Shown here in pieces: positions 22,347 to 30,082 of a DNA stretch of 32,000 bases; the first letter of the stretch is position 1; the number at the start of each line of letters is the position of its first letter. The position numbers were made by a program, and so were the translations under genes. The DNA is from Candidatus Methylomirabilis oxygeniifera (GTDB lineage: Bacteria > Methylomirabilota > Methylomirabilia > Methylomirabilales > Methylomirabilaceae): contig FP565575.1 of assembly GCA_000091165.1 (NCBI GenBank), positions 2,160,001 to 2,192,000 on the forward strand, given 5' to 3'. The notes under the pieces were generated by a model. That model was not told the origin of the DNA, made no database searches, and saw only the letters and a list, made by a program, of their open reading frames with translations.

Positions 22347-23768
22347 CTGCTCAAGATGCTGATGGGCCAGGAGGTGGCGAGCCGGGGGGAGATGGGTCAG
22401 AAGCGCCGCAAGCGCCAGGGCAGCGACGACAAGGATCCACTCCAGCCGCATGAACTGGCGCAGGCGACCGCGAATCCGTGCTGCCTGGTCGTGCCCGGCC
22501 CCTACCAGTCGGACTCCGCCAAGGTGACCGATCGTTTTCACCAGCGGTCGATGACGCGCACCGACCGGATCTCGCAAGAGCGGCAGGAAGTAATACCGGT
22601 TCACGGCAGCCAACGCCAATACGAGTCCCACCAGGACGACCTTGGCGAGGAGGGTCAATCCATAGGAGGTCGTGACGAAGGGCTGCAACGACCTCACCTG
22701 CAACCAGGCATTGAAGAGCCCCGCCACGAGCAGCGTGAACACGCAGTAGGCCGCCATTCTTGAAAAAGGGCGGCCGATCGCTGCAAGCGTGCGCGCCACT
22801 TCCTCCGTGCCGGGAGGGACGGCCACGCGCTGCAAGAGGAATCCGAATGTGAAGAGGCCGCCGATCCAGATGGAGACCGCAACCAGATGGATCCAATCGA
22901 TCAGGACAGGCATCGTCAGGTCTCCCCAGTCGGCGGCATGACCCGACAGGCTTGTTGTCAGAGCAATGAGTGTGGCCGTGGAAAGGGAGAGCATAATGGC
23001 CCGCTGGCTCTGTGATGCGGTCGTCCGACCGGACCCCCGGACAAGTCCCAGGATCCCAATAAAGCCGAGTCGAACGAGCCAGACGACGCCAAAGTGGGTC
23101 TGCAGCAGCACAACCGGGATGGCGGTATGTATCTCGGTACGGCGCCCACCGCTCATCATCTGTGTTCTCAGGATCAGTTCGCCGATAGTTGTCAGCGCCA
23201 CAAGCACAATCAAGCTCAGCTCCAGTTGCCGAAGTGGTCGCTCAACCGTCTCACACACCTGATGCGGGAGCACAACCGACCGAACGAGGAGCAAGCGAAA
23301 GGCCAGTGTGCCGATCAGCATCGAGAGGCCGACCAGGTTGAGCCAGCGAACAACAAGCTGCAGAAGCGTCGCGGGCGCGCTACCGGCCTTGGGCCGATCT
23401 GGCGAGCCCGGACCGATCGTGAACGGAAGATCGCCTTCGGTGCGGTGGCCGTCGTGGGCGACAACGCTCCACACGATCCGGTATTGTCCTGGCGGTAAAG
23501 ATGAAAGACTTGTCTCTAGAACAGTGTGATCGGCAGGGTTCACCTGCCCGTCCCCGTTGTCGACCCGCTGATCGCGAGTATCGACCACCGTGATTGCACT
23601 GAAGACAGGCTCAATCACTCCGTCGAACCACAGCCTCACGCGCGGAGGCGGCGTCTGAAGCGCTCCCCCTACCCGTGGTTCCGAGTGATCGGGGAAGGCG
23701 TGTCCCCACGCTGTGGTGGTCAGCAGGAGCAAGCTGAGGGCGACGAAAGGCGCAGGAATGAACTTCAC
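22332..23768 (-). CDS. CopC-CopD fusion copper-resistance protein (YcnJ-like architecture)
   Basis: Signal peptide, then a mature N-terminus HAFPDHSEP... (CopC-type His1 site; YRIVWSVVAHDGH). Followed by about 8 predicted TM helices of CopD type. The GTG start overlaps the RND gene stop (GTGA). Confidence 0.9.
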   Translation of the reverse strand: MKFIPAPFVALSLLLLTTTAWGHAFPDHSEPRVGGALQTPPPRVRLWFDGVIEPVFSAITVVDTRDQRVDNGDGQVNPADHTVLETSLSSLPPGQYRIVWSVVAHDGHRTEGDLPFTIGPGSPDRPKAGSAPATLLQLVVRWLNLVGLSMLIGTLAFRLLLVRSVVLPHQVCETVERPLRQLELSLIVLVALTTIGELILRTQMMSGGRRTEIHTAIPVVLLQTHFGVVWLVRLGFIGILGLVRGSGRTTASQSQRAIMLSLSTATLIALTTSLSGHAADWGDLTMPVLIDWIHLVAVSIWIGGLFTFGFLLQRVAVPPGTEEVARTLAAIGRPFSRMAAYCVFTLLVAGLFNAWLQVRSLQPFVTTSYGLTLLAKVVLVGLVLALAAVNRYYFLPLLRDPVGARHRPLVKTIGHLGGVRLVGAGHDQAARIRGRLRQFMRLEWILVVAALALAALLTHLPPARHLLAHQHLEQHALR

Positions 23769-26700
23769 GTCAACCTCCCTTCCATGGCCATCTGTTGCCG
23801 GAAGACCTCTTCCCGCTCCCAGCCGAACCGCATGAACAGGGTCGGCACGACGATCATGTTCAGGAGTGTTGAGGTGAAGAGACCTCCCAGGATGACCTGG
23901 GCCAGCGGCCGTTCCAGCTCTTTCCCGGTGGCCTCGCCGAACAGCAGGGGAAGCAAACCCAGGGCCGCGGCAGCGGCCGTCATCAGGACCGGAGCCAACC
24001 GGTCCTTTGACCCCTGGATAATGGCTTCCTCCTTCGAAACGCCTTCAGCCCGAAGCTGCCGGTAGTGGCTAACCAGGATGATCCCATTTCTGGCCGCGAT
24101 TCCAAAGACACTGATGAACCCGATCAGCGAGGGAACGCTCGTGACCATCCCCGTGAGCAGGATGGCCGCCACACCACCGATCAGGGCCAAGGGGAGATTC
24201 GCCATGACGAGGAGAGCGGCACGGGTCGAGTTGAAGGCTTTGTACAACATAAGGAAAATCCCGATCACCGCAAGCCCGCCATACACCATCAGGACCCTCG
24301 TCGCCTCCCGCTCACTTTCAAACTGCCCGCCATACTCGATGAAGTAGCCGGCAGGAAGCTGAATCTCTCTGGCGATCCTGCCTTGGACCTCACGGATGAC
24401 GCCGATCAGGTCCCGATCCGCCACGTTCGCCTGAACAACGATCCGCCGTTGCAACCGCTCCCGATTGATCATAAAGGGGCTGTTTACGATCTGAAGGTCA
24501 GCCACCAGCCGGAGCGGGATCTTTCGCCCCTCGGGCGCATCGATCAGGAGATTTCGCATCGAGGCGCGGTCCTTGCGGGATGTCTCGTCAAACCAGACAA
24601 ACAGGTCAAAGGCCCGCTGCCCTTCTACAACCCGAGAGATCGATCTCCCGCCGAAGGCCACTTCGGTTGTTTCCAGAATGTCGCCCACGTCCAGGCCGAG
24701 ACGGGAGGCCTCCTCCCGATCGACCGTGATCCGCACACCTGGAACATTGATAAGGGGTTCGAGCAACAGATCCGTCACCCCCTTAATATCCCTCATGATC
24801 TGCTCGACCTGCCGCCCCTTCGCTCGAAGAACGGTCAGATCCGGTCCGTAGAGCTTGATGGCGATCTGAGCCCGGATGCCCGAGAGGACCTCGTCCAGTC
24901 GATGAGAGATGAACTGACCAAGTACAGTGGCCACACCGGGAACCCGTTCCAGATGCTCGCGGATAGCCTGAAGAAGCATCTCCGGATCGCGCGCACTGTA
25001 TCGAATCGCGATGTCGAATTCACTCACATTCGGCGGGAGCGCCTCCTCGTCCAGTTCCGCCCGACCCGCCCGTTGGGAGACGGAGATGACCTCGGGATGC
25101 TGCTTCAAGATCCCGACAATTCGCCCCCCCACACGCATCGATTCCTGGAGCGAGGTCCCGGGCAGCATCGTCACCTGCAGGATGAAGTTGCCTTCACGGA
25201 ACTCGGGGAGGAAGGAGCGGCCGAGGAACGGGATCACGGCCAGACTGGCCGCGATCAGGAGCATGCAGACGACCATCACCGGCCCGGGATGACGCAGCGC
25301 CCGGCGCAGGAGCGTTTCATAGGCTCGCTTTATGGCTCGGACCGTCAGACTCTCCTGCTCCGGTTGGGCTTCCCCACGACGGATCAGGAGCATGGCGGCC
25401 AAGGCCGGTACCAACGTCACCGCAACCAGGAGCGAGGCGAGGATCGCGAAGGTGTACGCAAGGCCGAGCGGGGTAAAGATTCGCCCCTCCACCCCGCCAA
25501 GCAGGAAGATCGGCATGAAGACGATCAGCACAATCCAGGTGGCATGGACCACGGCGTGCCGAATCTCGACTGACGCCTCATAAATCACTTTCAGGGGAGG
25601 GTCGGGGCGGGCCTTCTCCTGATTGAGCCGAAGCCGGCGGATGATATTTTCGACGTCCACGATCGCGTCGTCCACGACCTCGCCGATGGCGATCGCCAGC
25701 CCCCCAAGGGTCATGGCGTTGATGCCGATTCCGAACGCCTTGAGCAACAGCACCCCGGAGATCAATGAGGTCGGCAGCGCCGTCAAGGTGATGAGAGACG
25801 CCCGAACATTAAAGAGGATGAAGATAACGACGATACTGACGACCACCACCCCTTCCAGGATCGCCTGACGCAGGTTGGCAATGGAGGACTCGATGAAGCT
25901 CGCCTGGCGGAAGACCTGCGTATTCAGTTCGACCCCCGGCGGGAGCGTCTTGCGGATCTCTTCCAGCGCCTGTTCCACCTGGTATGTGACCGTCACGGTA
26001 TCGACCCCAAAGAGCTTCGAGACCGTTCCGATCACAGCGGGCTTACCCTCCCACGTAGCGTCTCCCCGCTTGAACTCCGGACCGAAGCGGACCGTCGCCA
26101 CCTGATCCAATCGAATCGGCGTCCCGCCTCGCTCCGCCACCTTCGTCTGCTGAAGCTCTTGAAGCGACGAGATGCGACCGGCCCCGGTGATTACGTACTC
26201 CTGACCGGGGGTCACCAGAAAGCCTCCTGGAACGCTCACATTCGCCCTCTTGATGGTATTGAGGACCTCCTGAACAGTCACGTCGTATTGAAACAGCTTG
26301 TCCGAAGACAGCAGCGCCTGATACTGTTTCACCTCGCCGCCAATGGAGACGACTGAGGCCACACCAGGGATCGCCAGCAGCCGATTGCGGATCTCCCAGT
26401 CTGAGATCGTCCGAAGGTCCATCAGGGAAACGCTGTCGCTTGTGAGCGCATATTTGACCAGCCAGCCCACCGCTGAGGTGATCGGGAGCATCATGGGATT
26501 CTTGGTTCCCGCTGGAAGCCGGTCCTCGACCATCCGGAGGCGTTCGCTTACGAGTTGACGGGCCGTATAGATATTCGTTCCCCACTTGAAGACAACAACA
26601 ACGCTGGATAACCCGGCGGTCGATTTCGACCGGATCACCTCCACCCCCGGAGTCCCATTAATCGCGGACTCAATCGGGAAGGTGATGAGAAATTCAACGT

Positions 26701-26878
26701 CCTGGGGCGGCAGGCTGGGGGCCTCAGTTTGAATGACGACCTGGGGCGGGGCGAACTCGGGAAAGACATCGAGGGTGATCCGACGTAGCGTGAATAGGCC
26801 GACAATCAACAGAACCACGAAGGCAACCACTACGAGGACGCGATTTGTCAGCGACCGTTCGATGATCCAGGCAAACAT
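23765..26878 (-). CDS. Heavy-metal-efflux RND inner-membrane pump (CusA/CzcA family)
   Basis: 1037 aa with 12-TM RND topology and two large periplasmic loops. TM4 motif is AIGEVVDDAIVDVEN. Confidence 0.95.
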   Translation of the reverse strand: MFAWIIERSLTNRVLVVVAFVVLLIVGLFTLRRITLDVFPEFAPPQVVIQTEAPSLPPQDVEFLITFPIESAINGTPGVEVIRSKSTAGLSSVVVVFKWGTNIYTARQLVSERLRMVEDRLPAGTKNPMMLPITSAVGWLVKYALTSDSVSLMDLRTISDWEIRNRLLAIPGVASVVSIGGEVKQYQALLSSDKLFQYDVTVQEVLNTIKRANVSVPGGFLVTPGQEYVITGAGRISSLQELQQTKVAERGGTPIRLDQVATVRFGPEFKRGDATWEGKPAVIGTVSKLFGVDTVTVTYQVEQALEEIRKTLPPGVELNTQVFRQASFIESSIANLRQAILEGVVVVSIVVIFILFNVRASLITLTALPTSLISGVLLLKAFGIGINAMTLGGLAIAIGEVVDDAIVDVENIIRRLRLNQEKARPDPPLKVIYEASVEIRHAVVHATWIVLIVFMPIFLLGGVEGRIFTPLGLAYTFAILASLLVAVTLVPALAAMLLIRRGEAQPEQESLTVRAIKRAYETLLRRALRHPGPVMVVCMLLIAASLAVIPFLGRSFLPEFREGNFILQVTMLPGTSLQESMRVGGRIVGILKQHPEVISVSQRAGRAELDEEALPPNVSEFDIAIRYSARDPEMLLQAIREHLERVPGVATVLGQFISHRLDEVLSGIRAQIAIKLYGPDLTVLRAKGRQVEQIMRDIKGVTDLLLEPLINVPGVRITVDREEASRLGLDVGDILETTEVAFGGRSISRVVEGQRAFDLFVWFDETSRKDRASMRNLLIDAPEGRKIPLRLVADLQIVNSPFMINRERLQRRIVVQANVADRDLIGVIREVQGRIAREIQLPAGYFIEYGGQFESEREATRVLMVYGGLAVIGIFLMLYKAFNSTRAALLVMANLPLALIGGVAAILLTGMVTSVPSLIGFISVFGIAARNGIILVSHYRQLRAEGVSKEEAIIQGSKDRLAPVLMTAAAAALGLLPLLFGEATGKELERPLAQVILGGLFTSTLLNMIVVPTLFMRFGWEREEVFRQQMAMEGRLT

Positions 26879-26880
26879 TG

Positions 26881-26943
26881 TGAATAAGCTGTCAGCACTC
26901 AGCTATCAGCGCTCAGCAAGAGCTGACGACTGACTGCGGACGA
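26881..26943. repeat. Heptad-repeat hairpin element, TCAGC/GCTGA type (copy F)
   Basis: GCTGTCA GCACTCA GCTATCA GCGCTCA GCAAGAG CTGACGA CTGACTG CGGACGA (26888-26943), in the 115-nt gap between the adaptor and RND genes. Confidence 0.8.
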
Positions 26944-26993
26944 CCCTCCTTCCACGCACAGCACATAAGCGTCTATGCCTTGAACTCCGCACA

Positions 26994-28262
26994 TCAATGC
27001 GTGTGGCCACCCAGCGCCGGTCCCCCACCCTTTTCCGCAAGCCACTTCGCGTAGAGCTGGCGGCTGCCATCGGTGACAACGCGGTCGCCTGCCGTGAGAC
27101 CTCGCGTCACTTCAGCGAAGCGGTCATCGCGGGTTCCCAGCCCGAGGTCTGCGCGAATATACGCGCCGCCCCGTTCGACAAAAGTGAACTCCGACCCCTC
27201 AGCACTGATAACGGCCTCAACCGGAATCGTCAGGCTCCTGCGCTGCTCGCCCACAATGACGTAGACCTGAGCGAAGAGATCCTGTTTCAACAACCCCCGA
27301 CGATTGATGACCTCTGCCCATACCGAAATGGTCCGCTTTGTCGGGTTGACCGTCGGACTGATAAAGCTGATCTTCCCCTCAAAGATCTCATCCGGATACG
27401 CAGCGATCACGACCCGGACCTTTTGTCCAAGCTGAAGCACCGGCAGGATGTCCTCGAATGCCTCCCCCTCGACAAGCATGATGGAGGTATCGATAATCCT
27501 CATCAACACAACGTTGGGTTCAATCGCCTGACCAATCACGACGTTGCGCTCGACGATCGTCCCGCCGATGGGAGCCGGCAGATGCAGCGTGGCAACTGTC
27601 TGTTTCTCGCGAATCCGTGCGATCGCCTCCTTGGGCAGGCCAAGAAAGTTCAGTTGGCGCGTCAGACTCTCGATCTCATTCAGGTTCTCCCGATGCTGAT
27701 TCTCGAGTTTTAGCAGCTCTTTTCGGGCAACAATCTCCCGTTCAACGAGCAACCGAACACGCTCCAGATCAACCTTCGTCAGCGCCAGCTTATTCTCCGC
27801 CTGAATCAGGCCCAGCTCCAACCGTTCCAGCTCGACGCCCTTGATGTCCAACAGATCATCTCCCCGCCTGACCCAGGCGCCAAGCGACGCATGAACGCTG
27901 AGCACGATGCCCGGCACGCGGCTGGTCACCTGCGCCACCCGATCGGGATGCGGCTTGACAATCCCGTTCAGCTTGCGGACATCCTCAACCGGACGAAGCT
28001 GTGCAACCTCGGTCCTGAGGCCGATGTTCTCGCGCTCTTCCGGCGTCAATCGGACACCGATTGACGCCTCATCCGGGCCGGCCGTCTCCCTGCGCTCGCC
28101 GTCGTGTGGCGCCTGGTCATGCCGATGTTCTTCCGGACCGGGAGGATGGGCGGCTTGACCCGTCTGGCGCGGCGCGGGCGCAGTCTCCGGCTTGCCGCAG
28201 CCGCCTGCCGCGACGGCAATCGCCAGCACTGTCACGCTCATAAGTTGCCTTACTTGCACCAT
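26994..28262 (-). CDS. RND efflux periplasmic adaptor (CusB/CzcB, HlyD-family MFP)
   Basis: 422 aa with lipobox-like AAGGC. His-rich N-terminal tail (AHPPGPEEHRHDQAPHDGERRE), barrel-sandwich/coiled-coil/beta-barrel MFP layout, and a C-terminal GGHTH. Confidence 0.9.
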   Translation of the reverse strand: MVQVRQLMSVTVLAIAVAAGGCGKPETAPAPRQTGQAAHPPGPEEHRHDQAPHDGERRETAGPDEASIGVRLTPEERENIGLRTEVAQLRPVEDVRKLNGIVKPHPDRVAQVTSRVPGIVLSVHASLGAWVRRGDDLLDIKGVELERLELGLIQAENKLALTKVDLERVRLLVEREIVARKELLKLENQHRENLNEIESLTRQLNFLGLPKEAIARIREKQTVATLHLPAPIGGTIVERNVVIGQAIEPNVVLMRIIDTSIMLVEGEAFEDILPVLQLGQKVRVVIAAYPDEIFEGKISFISPTVNPTKRTISVWAEVINRRGLLKQDLFAQVYVIVGEQRRSLTIPVEAVISAEGSEFTFVERGGAYIRADLGLGTRDDRFAEVTRGLTAGDRVVTDGSRQLYAKWLAEKGGGPALGGHTH

Positions 28263-28388
28263 AGACTACTCACTGACAATGAGATGAAGGAAACTGAAAG
28301 AGGCCGATCCCCTCGCCGGGTAATCGACGGGTAGAAAACTATCTACGCGGCCGAGGAGATGCCTAAGAGAGATCAGGGGGCGTCAACT

Positions 28389-28775
28389 TTAAATCTGATA
28401 GACCGCGTACAGTATATGCAGCCTGTTGGAGGAGGAAAGCGAGGCGGGTCGGAAACCGGGCAGCAAGGCGCCACTCAGCTCATGGTGTCTGACGACCCGG
28501 AGCTGCTTGCCGAGCATTGTTGACGGAGGAAAACTGTGGAGGCTGAGACCGATCTTTGCGTCAGCGCCCGTCTCTTGGCCGGTTACTACGGCATGAAAGA
28601 GGTGCGCATCGCAGATGGCGGGAGGGGATGAGCTATGGTCGAAGTCAGGCGAGGTAACGCGGTGGTACGCAATAGTGCCGGCCTGGTGGAAAAGACAAAA
28701 CGGATAGACCCACAACAGGCAGATAGCCGCGATGAGAGCCACGGTCGGAGCTGTCGATCCAGATCCCCGTCCCAT
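28389..28775 (-). CDS. Hypothetical membrane-anchored His/Cys-rich protein, first gene of the metal-efflux cluster
   Basis: 128 aa, with GAAGGGGA SD-like sequence about 9 nt upstream. One N-terminal TM helix (VALIAAICLLWVYPFCLF), then HQ..YH..DFDH..PPAICDAHLFH...HH. No family recognised. Confidence 0.4.
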   Translation of the reverse strand: MGRGSGSTAPTVALIAAICLLWVYPFCLFHQAGTIAYHRVTSPDFDHSSSPPAICDAHLFHAVVTGQETGADAKIGLSLHSFPPSTMLGKQLRVVRHHELSGALLPGFRPASLSSSNRLHILYAVYQI

Positions 28776-28808
28776 TGAGTCATCCCCTTCGTTGTTGAGG
28801 ATAACTTT

Positions 28809-28850
28809 ATGCTATCACGACCCGTTTGAGCTTTCAATTCGGAAAGCTCA
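28809..28850 (-). promoter_or_regulatory. Candidate promoter with overlapping 24-bp palindromic operator upstream of the metal-efflux cluster
   Basis: On the minus strand: TTGAAA (28832-28837), 17-nt spacer, TAGCAT (28809-28814). Perfect palindrome TGAGCTTTC-AATTCG-GAAAGCTCA (28827-28850) covers the -35. Confidence 0.4.
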
Positions 28851-28916
28851 CAGCCGCGCTGGGTCTCGGCCGACTCAGTTTGCGAGCACAATGAAGACCG
28901 CTCCTCACATCGTTGA

Positions 28917-30026
28917 CTATACCTTCACAAATTGATTGCCCTGGCCGACCAGACCGCGCGGTCGAATAACGACCTTTCGCTCCGAATCGCTGACCACACG
29001 GCCGATCTGCATGGCGTCCCGGCCGTGATGCTTCACGATCTCCACAAAGGACTCCGCGTCTTCCTCAGCAATGACGACACAGAACCCGATCCCCATATTG
29101 AAGACCTGAAACATCTCATGATCGGGGATCTGCCCGGATTGCTGGATCAGGGAGAAGATCGGAGGGACCGGCGGGAGCTGATCGACCTCATACCCCACCG
29201 GATGAGATACGGTGTCCAGTCGCAGAAGGTTCAGCAACCCATCGCTCGTAATATGGGCGAGCCCTTTAATGGCCAGCGGTCGCTCAAGCGCTTCAACTAC
29301 TTCCGGCACATAGATGATGGTCGGCTCCAGCAACTCTTCCCCAAGTGTTTGCTCAAGCTCTTCGAACTTGGTGTCCACGGTATACCTGTTCTGCGCGAAC
29401 AGGACCCGCCGGGCCAAGGTCAGACCATTACTATGGATCCCGCTGCTTCGGATTCCTATGATGACATCACCGGGAGTCACGGACCTGCCAACGATCACCT
29501 TGTCGAGCGGGACATGTCCGACACACATCCCGACCAGATCGCAGCCCCACCCCTCACGCTCAGACGCGAGCATCTCCCTGACCTGGGCAATCTCCCCACC
29601 GCAGATGGCGACCCCTGCGCGGCGCGCCCCCTCCTTCAGCCCCTGCATCAGTTGATCGATGAGGTCCGGGTTGGCTTGCTGCACCGCGATATAATCCAGA
29701 AACGACATCGGGCGCGCGCCCACGCAGAGCACATCGTTCACATTCATGGCCACGCAGTCGATTCCGACGGTATCGTACTTCTGCATCTTTTCCGCGACCA
29801 TGAGCTTTGTGCCCACGCCGTCGGTCGAGAGGGCCAGACCCATCCCATGACCGAGGTCGATGACGTTGGCAAAAAATCCGATCGGCAGGACCGGCTTTCC
29901 GATCCCTCGTACGAAGGCAAACGTGTCGCTCACCGTCTCGATCACACGGGACAGCACCTGCTCTTCCTGCTCGACATCTACACCGACGCCACGGTAGCTT
30001 GCTACGTCATCCGGATGCTTCTGCAT
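28917..30026 (-). CDS. purM: Phosphoribosylformylglycinamidine cyclo-ligase (AIR synthetase)
   Basis: 369 aa from the ATG preceded by GGAG. Has PurM blocks (YRGVGVDV, LSTDGVGTK, GIDCVAMNVNDV.C.GA.P..FLDY, GGE.A, SSGIHSNG). Confidence 0.9.
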   Translation of the reverse strand: MQKHPDDVASYRGVGVDVEQEEQVLSRVIETVSDTFAFVRGIGKPVLPIGFFANVIDLGHGMGLALSTDGVGTKLMVAEKMQKYDTVGIDCVAMNVNDVLCVGARPMSFLDYIAVQQANPDLIDQLMQGLKEGARRAGVAICGGEIAQVREMLASEREGWGCDLVGMCVGHVPLDKVIVGRSVTPGDVIIGIRSSGIHSNGLTLARRVLFAQNRYTVDTKFEELEQTLGEELLEPTIIYVPEVVEALERPLAIKGLAHITSDGLLNLLRLDTVSHPVGYEVDQLPPVPPIFSLIQQSGQIPDHEMFQVFNMGIGFCVVIAEEDAESFVEIVKHHGRDAMQIGRVVSDSERKVVIRPRGLVGQGNQFVKV

Positions 30027-30082
30027 CTTCTCCGCCCCTTCCGACTTTAACGCACTTACCTTACAATCCAACGTCCCTACTG

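Noticed and set aside
24065-25573. 502-aa plus-strand ORF, the longest antisense ORF in the window
   Set aside because: Fully inside the RND pump gene on the opposite strand. Extremely Arg/Asp/Pro/His/Gly-rich with no domain resemblance.
7491-26943. Whether the heptad arrays could be a CRISPR array or coding heptad (coiled-coil) signal
   Set aside because: Units are 7 nt with no spacers and arrays are only 35-84 nt, so this is not CRISPR. Most copies are intergenic, so the periodicity is at nucleotide rather than protein level.
26997-27713. 238-aa plus-strand ORF
   Set aside because: Antisense within the adaptor (CusB-like) gene, with low-complexity translation.
28932-30050. 372-aa plus-strand ORF spanning almost the whole of purM in antisense
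   Set aside because: The purM reading is unambiguous from conserved motifs. The antisense product is Arg/His/Asp/Leu-rich without motifs. A full-length open antisense frame is a known by-product of codon bias in GC-rich genes.
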